64,000 nucleotides of DNA from Candidatus Moraniibacteriota bacterium. GTDB taxonomy: Bacteria; Patescibacteriota; Minisyncoccia; Moranbacterales; UBA1568. Positions within the stretch are counted from its first letter, which is position 1. Each line of letters opens with the position of its first letter. The DNA lies in NCBI GenBank assembly GCA_052034935.1, contig JBPOIB010000001.1, positions 172,173-236,172 of the forward strand, written 5' to 3'. The notes under the pieces were generated by a model, which was not told the DNA's origin, made no database searches, and worked only from the letters and a program-made list of their open reading frames with translations. A program made the translations under genes and the position numbers. This document shows positions 1-8,992 of the stretch, one piece after another.

Positions 1-1
1 G

Positions 2-682
2 ATCAAAGTCGAGTTTGACCGCTCCGTGAAGGATTTTTACATCGATTTCCAGTTCGATCCACTAGTCGAAGTGGTCTATCAAAATAATCCGGAGAAAACT
101 GTTTTCGAGATCCTGCCAAAGGACCCGCTTCCTGCCGGAAAAGAGTATCAGCTCCGTATCCGTTCCCGTTTCCGAAGCGCTACCGACGACCAGTATCAGT
201 CGATCGCGGCGACCACATTCACGACCTTGCCGCCGAAGCCAGTAGCAGTGAGTCGCGACTACGCCACCCGGATCGAAGAGGCGAAGCGCTTTACGCGTGC
301 GAGGAAGTCGGAAGGGAAATACATTGATGTGAATACGGCTGCCCAGGTTATGACGCTTTTTGAGAATGGTCGCGCTGTCGATGCCTATATGATTTCCTCC
401 GGCAAGCCGGGGATGGATACCCCGAAGGGTGAATTTGCTATTCACAATCAGGCCCTCCGGCCTTGGTCGAAGAAATACAGTCTCTATATGCCGCATTGGC
501 AGGCCATCACACCGGACGGGCTGTACGGCATCCATGAGTTACCGGAATGGCCGGGCGGTTACAAGGAGGGCGCGAATCATCTCGGCACGCCGGTTTCGCA
601 CGGCTGTATCCGGCTTGGTGTCGGATCGGCGAAGCGCGTGTACGAATGGTCGACCGTCGGTACACCGGTGGTGATATACTAG
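2..682 (+). CDS. L,D-transpeptidase (YkuD family) with N-terminal Ig-like domain, 5'-truncated by window edge
   Basis: YGIHELP...GTPVSHGCIRL catalytic motif; frame open from position 2. Confidence 0.9.
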   Translation: MKVEFDRSVKDFYIDFQFDPLVEVVYQNNPEKTVFEILPKDPLPAGKEYQLRIRSRFRSATDDQYQSIAATTFTTLPPKPVAVSRDYATRIEEAKRFTRARKSEGKYIDVNTAAQVMTLFENGRAVDAYMISSGKPGMDTPKGEFAIHNQALRPWSKKYSLYMPHWQAITPDGLYGIHELPEWPGGYKEGANHLGTPVSHGCIRLGVGSAKRVYEWSTVGTPVVIY

Positions 683-699
683 GGCCAAAGAAAAGACCT

Positions 700-1170
700 A
701 TGCAACGGAAACTCTTCACGCTCGTGTTCATCGTCAAAGGAAAAAATATTCTCCTCGGGATGAAGAAGCGCGGCTTCGGTGCTGGTCGCTGGAACGGCTT
801 CGGCGGCAAAGTCGAGCCAGGCGAATCGATCGATGAAGCGGCGAGGCGCGAAACGAAAGAAGAATGCGGCGTCGGAATTACAGCGATGGAAGAGGTGGGT
901 ATCCATGAATTCAGATTCGCCGCGAAGCCTGATGAGGTGCTCGAAGTACATGTCTTTCGTGTCAGTGAGTATAAATGGGAGCCGGTTGAGACGGAAGAGA
1001 TGCGGCCGCAGTGGTTTTCGGTTACCGAGATTCCGTACGACAACATGTGGCCGGATGACCGGTTGTGGATTCCTACGTTCCTCGCTGGAAAGAAGTTTCG
1101 GACGAGTTTCCTTTTTGGCGAAGAGGACACAGTTCTCGAACAAGAGATCCGGATCCTGGAAACGTTGTAG
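700..1170 (+). CDS. Nudix hydrolase, MTH1-like 8-oxo-dGTP diphosphatase
   Basis: LGMKKRGFGAGRWNGFGGKVEPGESIDEAARRETKEECG Nudix box; MWPDD motif; ATG at 700. Confidence 0.9.
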   Translation: MQRKLFTLVFIVKGKNILLGMKKRGFGAGRWNGFGGKVEPGESIDEAARRETKEECGVGITAMEEVGIHEFRFAAKPDEVLEVHVFRVSEYKWEPVETEEMRPQWFSVTEIPYDNMWPDDRLWIPTFLAGKKFRTSFLFGEEDTVLEQEIRILETL

Positions 1171-1171
1171 T

Positions 1172-1207
1172 AAAGAAAAAAGCGCGGCCGAGATACTCGG
1201 CGCGCTT
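1172..1207 (-). terminator. Intrinsic terminator for CDF gene (bulged hairpin)
   Basis: AAGCGC-G-GCCGAG ata CTCGGC-GCGCTT preceded by an A-tract on + (U-tract on -). Confidence 0.75.
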
Positions 1208-1235
1208 GAGGCTGGTCAAAGAACGGCGGAAAAAA

Positions 1236-1877
1236 TCAGTGCTGGTGTCGGCAGTGGTGTTTTGCTGTTTTTGCCTCACGCCCGAAGGCTTGGTGGGCAC
1301 CGTATGCCATCCGCCACCAGATGATCGCTACGATTGTGATTGCCGCCCAGGCATCAGCCAGGGGGAGGCCGAAGAAGGCAGCGGCAGCTGTCCCGGTGAT
1401 TGCAGCGACACTCCCGGCGACATCGGTCACGATATGGAGCATCTGTCCCCAGTGGGTAAGGTTGCGGTGTTCTTCGGGCGCGCCGAAGTGGATACGGAGC
1501 TGCCAAAGGTTCATGAGTAGCGAAAAAGCTGCGACCGCGACCGTCCAGCCGAAGAGGCCGGGAGCCTCCTGACCGAGTATTTTTCGGATGGCTTCATACC
1601 CCATGAAAGCGGTCGAGAGGCCGATGAGGACGAGACTCGCCGCGAACCCAGCCTTGCGGATCCGCTCTGGGTGAGGAAGGAGTCGAGCTCGGTCGGATAC
1701 GAAGGCATTGAGCAGATTTTCGAACACATCGAGCAGCGTATGGATGGCGTCTGTGATGAGGGCGAGACTGCCAGTAAAAATGCCAGCGGCGAGCTCGACG
1801 ACACAGGTGATGAGGGAAAGCGGGGCGAGTCGGAGATAGCGATTCCGTTCGCTCGTATCGTGCGAATGAGGATGCAT
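1236..1877 (-). CDS. Cation diffusion facilitator (CzcD/ZitB-like) transporter lacking the C-terminal domain
   Basis: GSLALITDAIHTLLD and LHIVTDVAGSVAAI motifs, ~6 TM, His-rich ends; promoter TTGACA-17-CATACT at ~1914-1942 (-). Confidence 0.85.
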   Translation of the reverse strand: MHPHSHDTSERNRYLRLAPLSLITCVVELAAGIFTGSLALITDAIHTLLDVFENLLNAFVSDRARLLPHPERIRKAGFAASLVLIGLSTAFMGYEAIRKILGQEAPGLFGWTVAVAAFSLLMNLWQLRIHFGAPEEHRNLTHWGQMLHIVTDVAGSVAAITGTAAAAFFGLPLADAWAAITIVAIIWWRMAYGAHQAFGREAKTAKHHCRHQH

Positions 1878-1978
1878 GTGGTACTCCCAGGGTTGTCAAA
1901 GAAGAATGGCCCGAGTATGACCCAAGCGATGCGGCGTGTCAAACAAAAAACCGGCTTTCAGCCGGTTTCGTGAGAATG

Positions 1979-2191
1979 TTAGAGTTTCTCAATCTCTTTC
2001 AGGTCCTTATCTGGAAAATAGAGGATGGCGAGGCCGAGGATGACGCCCGGGAGCGCCGTCCAGAAGTGGTTGCCTGCGAAAAAAAGCATGTCGACACCAT
2101 CGAGAAGGAGCCAGATACCGCGCCAGACGAGAACGAGGCCGACGACCGTCGCGATATTCTTAGCGAGATAACGGGGAGTAATCTTGTGCAT
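1979..2191 (-). CDS. Small 2-TM membrane protein
   Basis: VGLVLVWRGIWLLLD hydrophobic helices; followed by hairpin at 1945-1968. Confidence 0.75.
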   Translation of the reverse strand: MHKITPRYLAKNIATVVGLVLVWRGIWLLLDGVDMLFFAGNHFWTALPGVILGLAILYFPDKDLKEIEKL

Positions 2192-2340
2192 ATAAACTTA
2201 TTGAGGTGGCCAATTCAACATCTGCAGTATAGCTATTTTGGTCTGATCTGGGAAGGTAAACCGGCTTTACGAGCCGTTCAAAATCTGATATTCTGGGTTC
2301 CCCGAGGAATGGTCCGAAGGGGAAAACAGGAGAGATTCCC

Positions 2341-2517
2341 ATGCAACAAAAGGCCGTGCAAGTCGGTGTGTTCGTCGCTGTGCTGAGCGCTGCTCCGCTC
2401 GCGTACACCGCCCCTCCGCCTCCGCCGCCGGCACCACCACCGATTGCGATGGTGACGGATCCGGCGCCAGCGCCTTTCGTCGAAAGTCAGCGCACCTCGT
2501 CTGACACCAACGCCTGA
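2341..2517 (+). CDS. 58-aa signal-peptide-like, polyproline small protein (not in ORF track)
   Basis: AGGAGA SD, ATG 2341, MQQKAVQVGVFVAVLSAAPLAYTAPPPPPPAPPPIAMVTDPAPAPFVESQRTSSDTNA*, followed by terminator. Confidence 0.6.
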   Translation: MQQKAVQVGVFVAVLSAAPLAYTAPPPPPPAPPPIAMVTDPAPAPFVESQRTSSDTNA

Positions 2518-2556
2518 CCCCGTCAGGTACGCGCTTCAGTCTTTCTGGCTGAGTGC

Positions 2557-2598
2557 TCCCCGTAGGCGCCAACGTGTGCCTACGGGGTTTTCTTTTTA
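2557..2598 (+). terminator. Intrinsic terminator
   Basis: CCCCGTAGGC...GCCTACGGGG followed by TTTTCTTTTT. Confidence 0.8.
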
Positions 2599-2659
2599 TC
2601 TGACTGGATGCTTGAAATCAGGACGAAAGCTTGCTATCCTACAAACCGTTATTCGTGCT

Positions 2660-2730
2660 GGGCCTGTAGTAAAGTGGTATTACGCGGCATTCGCATTGCC
2701 GAGTCGGGAGTTCGATTCTCCCCAGGTCCA
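2660..2730 (+). tRNA. tRNA-Ala(CGC)
   Basis: Cloverleaf GGGCCTG/CAGGTCC with G3:U70, anticodon arm CGGCA-TTCGCAT-TGCCG, TTCGA T-loop; no encoded CCA. Confidence 0.93.
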
Positions 2731-2845
2731 CAGAAATGATTTCTCATTGGGCGGGTTGTTGAGTCGGGAGTTCTCGTCTGCTGCGGCCGAGGATGCTTCT
2801 CTCCAGGTCTACACATTACTTCTGGACGTTAATCGTCAGATTGCT

Positions 2846-3529
2846 ATGCTCAAAACTCTCCGGGCCTGGCGCGCCGCGCCGCGCTTCCAAGCATTCATCG
2901 GATCGAAGCCGATTCTACTCGCTCTTTCCTCGATTGCTTGGCCGAGGAAGATTATTCGCCGATTGTACGGCTGGGTCGTCGGCTGGGCGGAAACGAAGCG
3001 CGCCGAGCAAGCACTCGCTGGTATCGCGTTTGCGGAAAGCTCATTCTTCCCGATTCCGCCGGATCCGCTCCTTATCGCTATGGTGATGGCAAAACCAGCG
3101 AGTTTTCTTCGTCATGCGGCGATCTGCACGATCGCGAGCGCGCTCGGAGGTGCGCTCGGTTACTTGATCGGCCTCGCTCTCTTCAGTACGGTCGGCATGT
3201 GGATCGTGAATACCTACGGGTTGCAGGAAGAATTCGTGCATATCGGAACGCGGTATGAGGAGAATGCTTTCTTGACCGTCTTCACCGCAGCCTTTACGCC
3301 GATCCCGTACAAACTCATTACCGTCGCCGCTGGCGTCTTCCGGATCGATTTTGTCATGTTCATGTTCGCATCGCTCATCGGCCGGGGTATGCGTTTCTTT
3401 CTCGTGGCCTTTCTTATGCACCATCTCGGCAGTCGCTACAAGGACTCGATTGAGAAATATATCGATCTTCTTTCAATCGCTTTCGTCGTTCTCCTTGTTC
3501 TCGGATTCCTTGCGCTCAAATACGTGTAA
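2846..3529 (+). CDS. YqaA/DedA (SNARE-associated) membrane protein
   Basis: AFAESSFFPIPPD and FTPIPYK motifs; GRGMRF. Confidence 0.9.
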   Translation: MLKTLRAWRAAPRFQAFIGSKPILLALSSIAWPRKIIRRLYGWVVGWAETKRAEQALAGIAFAESSFFPIPPDPLLIAMVMAKPASFLRHAAICTIASALGGALGYLIGLALFSTVGMWIVNTYGLQEEFVHIGTRYEENAFLTVFTAAFTPIPYKLITVAAGVFRIDFVMFMFASLIGRGMRFFLVAFLMHHLGSRYKDSIEKYIDLLSIAFVVLLVLGFLALKYV

Positions 3530-3571
3530 TCCGTACTTTGGCGTGCTGCCTGCATTGTTTTGGACCGCGGT

Positions 3572-5881
3572 CTATCGTCCGGTATGGAAGTCAGCGGGTG
3601 GCACTTCGAAAATCGTATAATACGGCGACCCCCAGACCACTCGGAGGTTATGACCGACAAAATCAGTGAAGGCTTCGATTTTCGCATTGAAAGTGGGACG
3701 AGTACCTTGTTCGAGTTCCTCATTGTAGCCGCGTGCGTAGAGTACATAGCGAATGTCGAAATCACGCAGTCTTGAGAGTGTAAGGGCGTCATTACGTTCG
3801 CGGTGGATGCAGTTGAACGAATCGAGATGGGGGTCCATCACCGCCCGGCGGTCATTATCGGTAATGCCGTACCAGAGTTGAGAACTGGTGAGGAGAATGC
3901 GGCTTTCCGGGTCCTGATTCAGGATTTTGATAGCTCCGCCGTAACCGGCAATTGATTGATCGAGGAATTCATCAGCTGAGAGTTCATTTCCAGCAAAGAG
4001 GACTTGCGCCCGTTCGCCTTTCAGCTTCATCTGGACCAGAGTATTTCCGATGAGGCCGAGCGCGAGCACAACACAGAAATATATAAACAGGATACGGGAA
4101 AAGCGGACTTTTTCGCGAAGCCCGACGACAAGCAGGATGAGGAGTGCCAGCCCCGGGTAGGCGTACCAGAAGACTCCTTCACCGAGTACGGCCCAGAGCG
4201 AAAAATAGCCGAAGGCAAACAGCGCGATCAGTGGTCCTGGTTGCTCGTGCCATGGCGGCTTCGGAGAAATAGCTCCATTTTGACGGATGGCGAAGTACCA
4301 AGGAAGTAGTGCGAGAAAAAGAAAGCCAATTTCAGTCGCGAACGATCCAATATGAACGTTCATAGTCGTGTCCCAAGGAAGTTTGAGCCAGCGTTCGATT
4401 GGGCCGCGTGCTGGAACAAAGCGCGAGAAATCCTCGGCGGCCCCGGTGGCTAAGCAGGAATTTCTCCAAACGTAAGTAGTGACTTCGTTCCGGAGCTTTT
4501 GATATTCGTCAGTTGACTCACTTGAAATGAGGGCCTCGAACGAATTAATCGCCGAAGAGACCGGATGTGTCGTAAGTCCGTAGCTGATCCAAGGGAGTAG
4601 TGGTATCAGGCCAATAATAATCATCATGATGAGCGATCGCCACGTAATGTCGAAAGCCCTTCGTTGATGAGCGATGAGGGTAGCCGTGATAGCGAGCGGG
4701 GCGATCAGGAAGAGAGCGGTGAGCTTGATGATGACGGCGAAAGAAAATAATCCGAGTGCGCTGTGCCAGAAAATCAACTTTTTCTCAGCGACCGAGCGGA
4801 TGAGCGACCATAACACCATCGCCGAGACGGCAAAGAGGAGGGGGTCAGGCTTTACCTCACGAATGGCGAGTGCTGCTCCGATCGGGAGCGAGAGAAGGAT
4901 GATGGCGGAAAGGGCGCCGGTGCGACGGCTAAAGACGGCTTGTCCGAAGCCGTAGAGAATGAACATACCGAAAAAGAGACAGTAGGTACCAAGACTCATC
5001 GCGAGGAGGAGGGTGTCATCACCAGATGCGATTCTAATCGTGGCGGCGAGAATCTCGAACGGGTAAGGACGTCCGCCGGCGATGATCTCGCCGCGCTCTG
5101 ATACGATATGCACCCGGTCCATGTAATGGGTCATGTCGTCATAACCGGTTGGGTGCGGCTTGATCGATTGTGTCAGTACGAAGGCGACAAGGAAGCATCC
5201 GAGCGCAAGAAGGTATGGTTCCGCTGACCGGAAGTGCGGCTGCCACTTACCGGTTACGTCGAACATTTGGCGAAAAAGTGCCGTCACTGCCCGGTGCTCC
5301 CAGATGACTAGGAGAGAGAAGGTAATCCAGATTATCCAGCCAGGAAGACCACCGAGCATTCCGAGTCCGAGGAGGAGGGTGCTCCAGAGAAACATTCCCG
5401 CGATAATCCTTAGTGCTATGCCATAGACCGAATGTTGGTCTTGGATCGGGTGGCGCAAGACGGTTCGGAACAAGAGATTGCCAGCACCGAAGAAAGCGAT
5501 AGTCAGGAAAACATACGTCAGAATGACGGATCCAAATTTTGCAGCAAAGGAGAGATTGGCTGATGCCCACGATGCGAGTGGGATGAGTGGACCGTCGGCG
5601 AAGATGAGTCCGCGGAGGAAAGCCTGGGTATTGAAGATAGTAGCGCTCAAGATAAAGACAACGGGGAGAATGAAGACTGGTCTGAAGTGAAAACTCAAAG
5701 AGGGATGCTTCCGGGAGTACTGGAAGCAGAAAAAGAGCACCAGGGCGACGAGGCTGCTGGCGAGGAAAAAAGGAAGGCCAATCGAGAGTTGATTGTCCGG
5801 CAGCATGACGAAATGATGCCTGAACCAGACCGCGATGACCGCGCCCGAAAAACCGAGGAGGAGAATATGAAGAATGGGCAT
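3572..5881 (-). CDS. Large polytopic membrane protein, GT-C (ArnT/PMT-like) glycosyltransferase
   Basis: Many TM helices, GYDDMTHY loop motif, IKLTALF; probable start MPILHILL at 5881. Confidence 0.65.
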   Translation of the reverse strand: MPILHILLLGFSGAVIAVWFRHHFVMLPDNQLSIGLPFFLASSLVALVLFFCFQYSRKHPSLSFHFRPVFILPVVFILSATIFNTQAFLRGLIFADGPLIPLASWASANLSFAAKFGSVILTYVFLTIAFFGAGNLLFRTVLRHPIQDQHSVYGIALRIIAGMFLWSTLLLGLGMLGGLPGWIIWITFSLLVIWEHRAVTALFRQMFDVTGKWQPHFRSAEPYLLALGCFLVAFVLTQSIKPHPTGYDDMTHYMDRVHIVSERGEIIAGGRPYPFEILAATIRIASGDDTLLLAMSLGTYCLFFGMFILYGFGQAVFSRRTGALSAIILLSLPIGAALAIREVKPDPLLFAVSAMVLWSLIRSVAEKKLIFWHSALGLFSFAVIIKLTALFLIAPLAITATLIAHQRRAFDITWRSLIMMIIIGLIPLLPWISYGLTTHPVSSAINSFEALISSESTDEYQKLRNEVTTYVWRNSCLATGAAEDFSRFVPARGPIERWLKLPWDTTMNVHIGSFATEIGFLFLALLPWYFAIRQNGAISPKPPWHEQPGPLIALFAFGYFSLWAVLGEGVFWYAYPGLALLILLVVGLREKVRFSRILFIYFCVVLALGLIGNTLVQMKLKGERAQVLFAGNELSADEFLDQSIAGYGGAIKILNQDPESRILLTSSQLWYGITDNDRRAVMDPHLDSFNCIHRERNDALTLSRLRDFDIRYVLYARGYNEELEQGTRPTFNAKIEAFTDFVGHNLRVVWGSPYYTIFEVPPADFHTGR

Positions 5882-6057
5882 AAGAGCAGTGTTTCTATAG
5901 TATCGGACCGGGACCGGAAGCGGAAGTTGACTTTTGAGCCGTTTTTCCCTACTGTACAGCCACCAAAGGCGCGCTTTCAGGCGGGCTTTTCTGGCGCTCA
6001 ACCGAGCTTTTGAACCTTCCCAATCAACCCCAACTCCTCATGAAAGGGGAACACACC

Positions 6058-6966
6058 ATGATCGCTTTCCGAGATGCGCTGATGGCGGCTCAAGCCAAGA
6101 ACAATTCCTGCCTCTGCGTCGGTTTCGATCCGGAACCGAGCAAATTCCCCGGCTTCCTCGAAGGGGATCCGGCCCGCATCTACGACTTCTGCACCAGCGT
6201 CCTGGATGCGACGAGGGACCTCGTCTGCTGCTACAAGCCGCAGATCGCGTACTTCGCGGCCAATCGCGCCGAAGATCAGCTCGAGCGCTTGATCGCCCGC
6301 ATTCACGAGACCGCGCCGGGCATCCCGGTCATCCTCGATGCGAAGCGCGGGGACATCGGTGAGACGGCCAAGCAGTATGCCCGCGAAGCGTTCGAACGGT
6401 ACCGGGCTGATGCGTTGACGCTCTCGCCGTACATGGGTTTCGACTCGATCGAACCCTATTTGAGCTGGGATGGCAAGGGACTCTTTCTCCTGGACCGGAC
6501 CTCCAATCCGGGCGGTGCCGAGACGCAGCAGTGCGTCATGACGACAAGTCAGGAGTTCTACGCCGAAATCATGCGCGGCCGCCCGGCAGACGAAGAACTG
6601 TCGTTCTCGATGTCTATGCAGATTCCCTACTACCAGTACCTCGCGCACCTGGCGACCAATGGGCGGAAGTGGAACGCTTCCGGGCGCATCGGTCTCGTCG
6701 TCGGTGCCACGCATCCCGAAGAGCTGCGCCAGGTCCGAGGGATCGCTCCGCATGCCCCGCTGCTCATCCCGGGTGTCGGAGCGCAGGGGGCAACCGAGCG
6801 CGATGCGATGTCGGCCTGGTCGCCGCATGCCCCGGTCGTCGTGAACTCGTCTCGGGCCGTGCTGTACCCGAAGCTCTTGCCGAGCGAGGACTACATGGTG
6901 GCCGTGCGCCGAGTAGCGCTCGCCACGCGTGATGGACTCAACGCTGCCCGTTCCCTGTCATCTTGA
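6058..6966 (+). CDS. pyrF: Orotidine-5'-phosphate decarboxylase (type 2)
   Basis: LCVGFDP, YKPQIAYF, ILDAKRGDIG, RTSNPG, GLVVGAT, LLIPGVGAQG, NSSR; SD AAAGGGG before ATG 6058. Confidence 0.95.
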   Translation: MIAFRDALMAAQAKNNSCLCVGFDPEPSKFPGFLEGDPARIYDFCTSVLDATRDLVCCYKPQIAYFAANRAEDQLERLIARIHETAPGIPVILDAKRGDIGETAKQYAREAFERYRADALTLSPYMGFDSIEPYLSWDGKGLFLLDRTSNPGGAETQQCVMTTSQEFYAEIMRGRPADEELSFSMSMQIPYYQYLAHLATNGRKWNASGRIGLVVGATHPEELRQVRGIAPHAPLLIPGVGAQGATERDAMSAWSPHAPVVVNSSRAVLYPKLLPSEDYMVAVRRVALATRDGLNAARSLSS

Positions 6967-7015
6967 TTCCCCAACCCACGTCATCAATGCCTGAACAAGG
7001 CAGCAGGAGAGTGTC

Positions 7016-7738
7016 ATGAAAAGGAAACCCGCGATCATCCGCGACGATCATGCCGAGACGCTGATCAATTGCGGTGGCTTCTACCTGGCTCCGCCGACCG
7101 GTCCCTTGGTCGGCTATGCTGGTAGCTACGAACCCGGCAAGCACTACGTCGGCTTCGGCTACTTCAACGTCGCGATGGCCGAGGAGTGGCCGGACGTGAT
7201 GGACCACTTCGCCGGCTGCCTCGGTGATCAGCTCCACAACGACGGACATCGTCCGGACGTCATCCTGGGGGCACCCATGGGCGGCATCGTCTTTGGGCAG
7301 AACCTTGCCCGGTCGCTTCGCTGCCGCTTCATCTTCGCCGAGAAGATCCAGAAGACAGCTGGCGTCGATGGCCAACGCGGCAAGGAAGAGCTCGTACTCG
7401 CTCGCCACGAAATCCATCCCGGCGAGCTGGTGGGCATCGCGGAAGACATCGCGAACAACTTCACCACGACGCTCGAGCTCATGAAGCTCATCGTGTCCGC
7501 CGGTGGTGTTCCGGTTTTCCTCGCCTGCGTGGTGAATCGATCAGACCGTACGGTATATTCAACCGATGGCATCGGCCCGCTGCCGGTCGCCAGTCTCATC
7601 CATCGACCGACACCACAGTACCGCCAGGACGATTCCGTCGTGGCGGAGTTGGTTCGATCCGGCCGGGTCGTCTGGAAGCCGAAGCACCATTGGCCGGAAC
7701 TGAAGGCGGCGATGGATGCTGCGGCAGTATCAGCCTGA
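7016..7738 (+). CDS. pyrE: Orotate phosphoribosyltransferase-like PRTase
   Basis: ILGAPMGGI, FIFAEK, GIAEDIANNFTT PRPP loop, VVNRS; directly follows pyrF, SD AGGAGA. Confidence 0.7.
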   Translation: MKRKPAIIRDDHAETLINCGGFYLAPPTGPLVGYAGSYEPGKHYVGFGYFNVAMAEEWPDVMDHFAGCLGDQLHNDGHRPDVILGAPMGGIVFGQNLARSLRCRFIFAEKIQKTAGVDGQRGKEELVLARHEIHPGELVGIAEDIANNFTTTLELMKLIVSAGGVPVFLACVVNRSDRTVYSTDGIGPLPVASLIHRPTPQYRQDDSVVAELVRSGRVVWKPKHHWPELKAAMDAAAVSA

Positions 7739-7820
7739 ACAGGCACCGTTTCGACAGGGTTTTCGGCGCATGCATCGCATGCGCCGCCGACCCTGTTTTT
7801 TCTTTGCTATACTTACCCCT

Positions 7821-8867
7821 ATGAAATTCTCCGACCTCGACCAGTACGACTACGGGCTTCCGCCCGAACTTATCCGCCGGGAGCCACTCGAGCCGCGCGA
7901 TAGCGCCCGCCTCTTTATCTATGATACGGCGACCGATACGGTCCGCTTCAATACGTTCCGGAATCTCGCTGCATACCTGCCTGAGAAGGCACTCATGGTG
8001 CTGAATGATACGCGCGTTCGACCGGCACGGCTTTGGCTTCGGAAACCGACTGGCGGCAAGATCGAGGTTTTTGTTCTGGTGAATGAGTGGGATAGCAAAA
8101 ATCTTATTCCGGCGCTGGTGGACCGCAAGGTTTCCGTCGGGGACCGGCTGAGCTTTCCGAATGGCGATGGGCTCATCGTGGAACGTCAGGAGGAAGCGAA
8201 ATTCTTTTTCCGTCTAGAAAGCGAACAGGCGCTTTTTGAATTGCTCGATCAGTATGGTGAAACGCCCGTGCCACATTATCTCGAGTCCGATGAGCAAAAT
8301 GAGGTGAAACTTCGCGAGCGTTATCAGACTATCTTTGCCTCGAGTGGTCAGTCGGTAGCGGCGCCGACGGCTTCGCTGCATTTTACCGATGCTGTCTTCG
8401 CTTCGCTCAAAGCGAAAAGAATTGATCAGACGCATATCACGCTCGATGTTGGGATGGGAACCTTTTCTCCATTGTCTGAAATCAGTTTTGAAACCGGAAA
8501 GCTCCATCAGGAATTTGTCACGGTTTCCATGGAGTCGGCAGAACAATTGGAAAGGGCGAAAGCGACGAATCAGTCCATCATCGCCGTCGGTACGACTGTG
8601 ACTCGGACACTCGAAACAATTGGGCAGAACCGGCCGGTTCAAGCGTTTGCGGGACCGATTGATACCTTTATTTATCCACCGCATCAGTTCCAAACCGTCG
8701 ATATCCTCATCACGAATTTTCACTTACCAAAAACCTCGCTCATGCTCCTCGTCGATGCTTTTCTCCAGAGCAAGAAGGCGAAGCGAAATATAAACGGGCT
8801 CTACCGGATTGCGATCAAAGAACGATTCTCCTTCTATTCTTTCGGTGACAGCATGCTCATCTTGTAG
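7821..8867 (+). CDS. queA: S-adenosylmethionine:tRNA ribosyltransferase-isomerase
   Basis: VLNDTRV, SVAAPTASLHF, AVGTT, ITNFHLPKTSL, FYSFGDSMLI. Confidence 0.95.
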   Translation: MKFSDLDQYDYGLPPELIRREPLEPRDSARLFIYDTATDTVRFNTFRNLAAYLPEKALMVLNDTRVRPARLWLRKPTGGKIEVFVLVNEWDSKNLIPALVDRKVSVGDRLSFPNGDGLIVERQEEAKFFFRLESEQALFELLDQYGETPVPHYLESDEQNEVKLRERYQTIFASSGQSVAAPTASLHFTDAVFASLKAKRIDQTHITLDVGMGTFSPLSEISFETGKLHQEFVTVSMESAEQLERAKATNQSIIAVGTTVTRTLETIGQNRPVQAFAGPIDTFIYPPHQFQTVDILITNFHLPKTSLMLLVDAFLQSKKAKRNINGLYRIAIKERFSFYSFGDSMLIL

Positions 8868-8992
8868 CGTTTTCCGTTGACAAAACAGCTCAGGAATGGT
8901 AAGAATCAGCTATTGTTCCTTCCGTTCTTTTTCGTCTCTATTACGTGCACCGCGTCTCGGTGTTTGCTCTGTTTTGTCGCAGGAGTTGCCTC

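Noticed and set aside
2576-2845. N-terminal extension of the YqaA ORF in the track
   Set aside because: Overlaps tRNA-Ala and a terminator; the real start is more likely 2846
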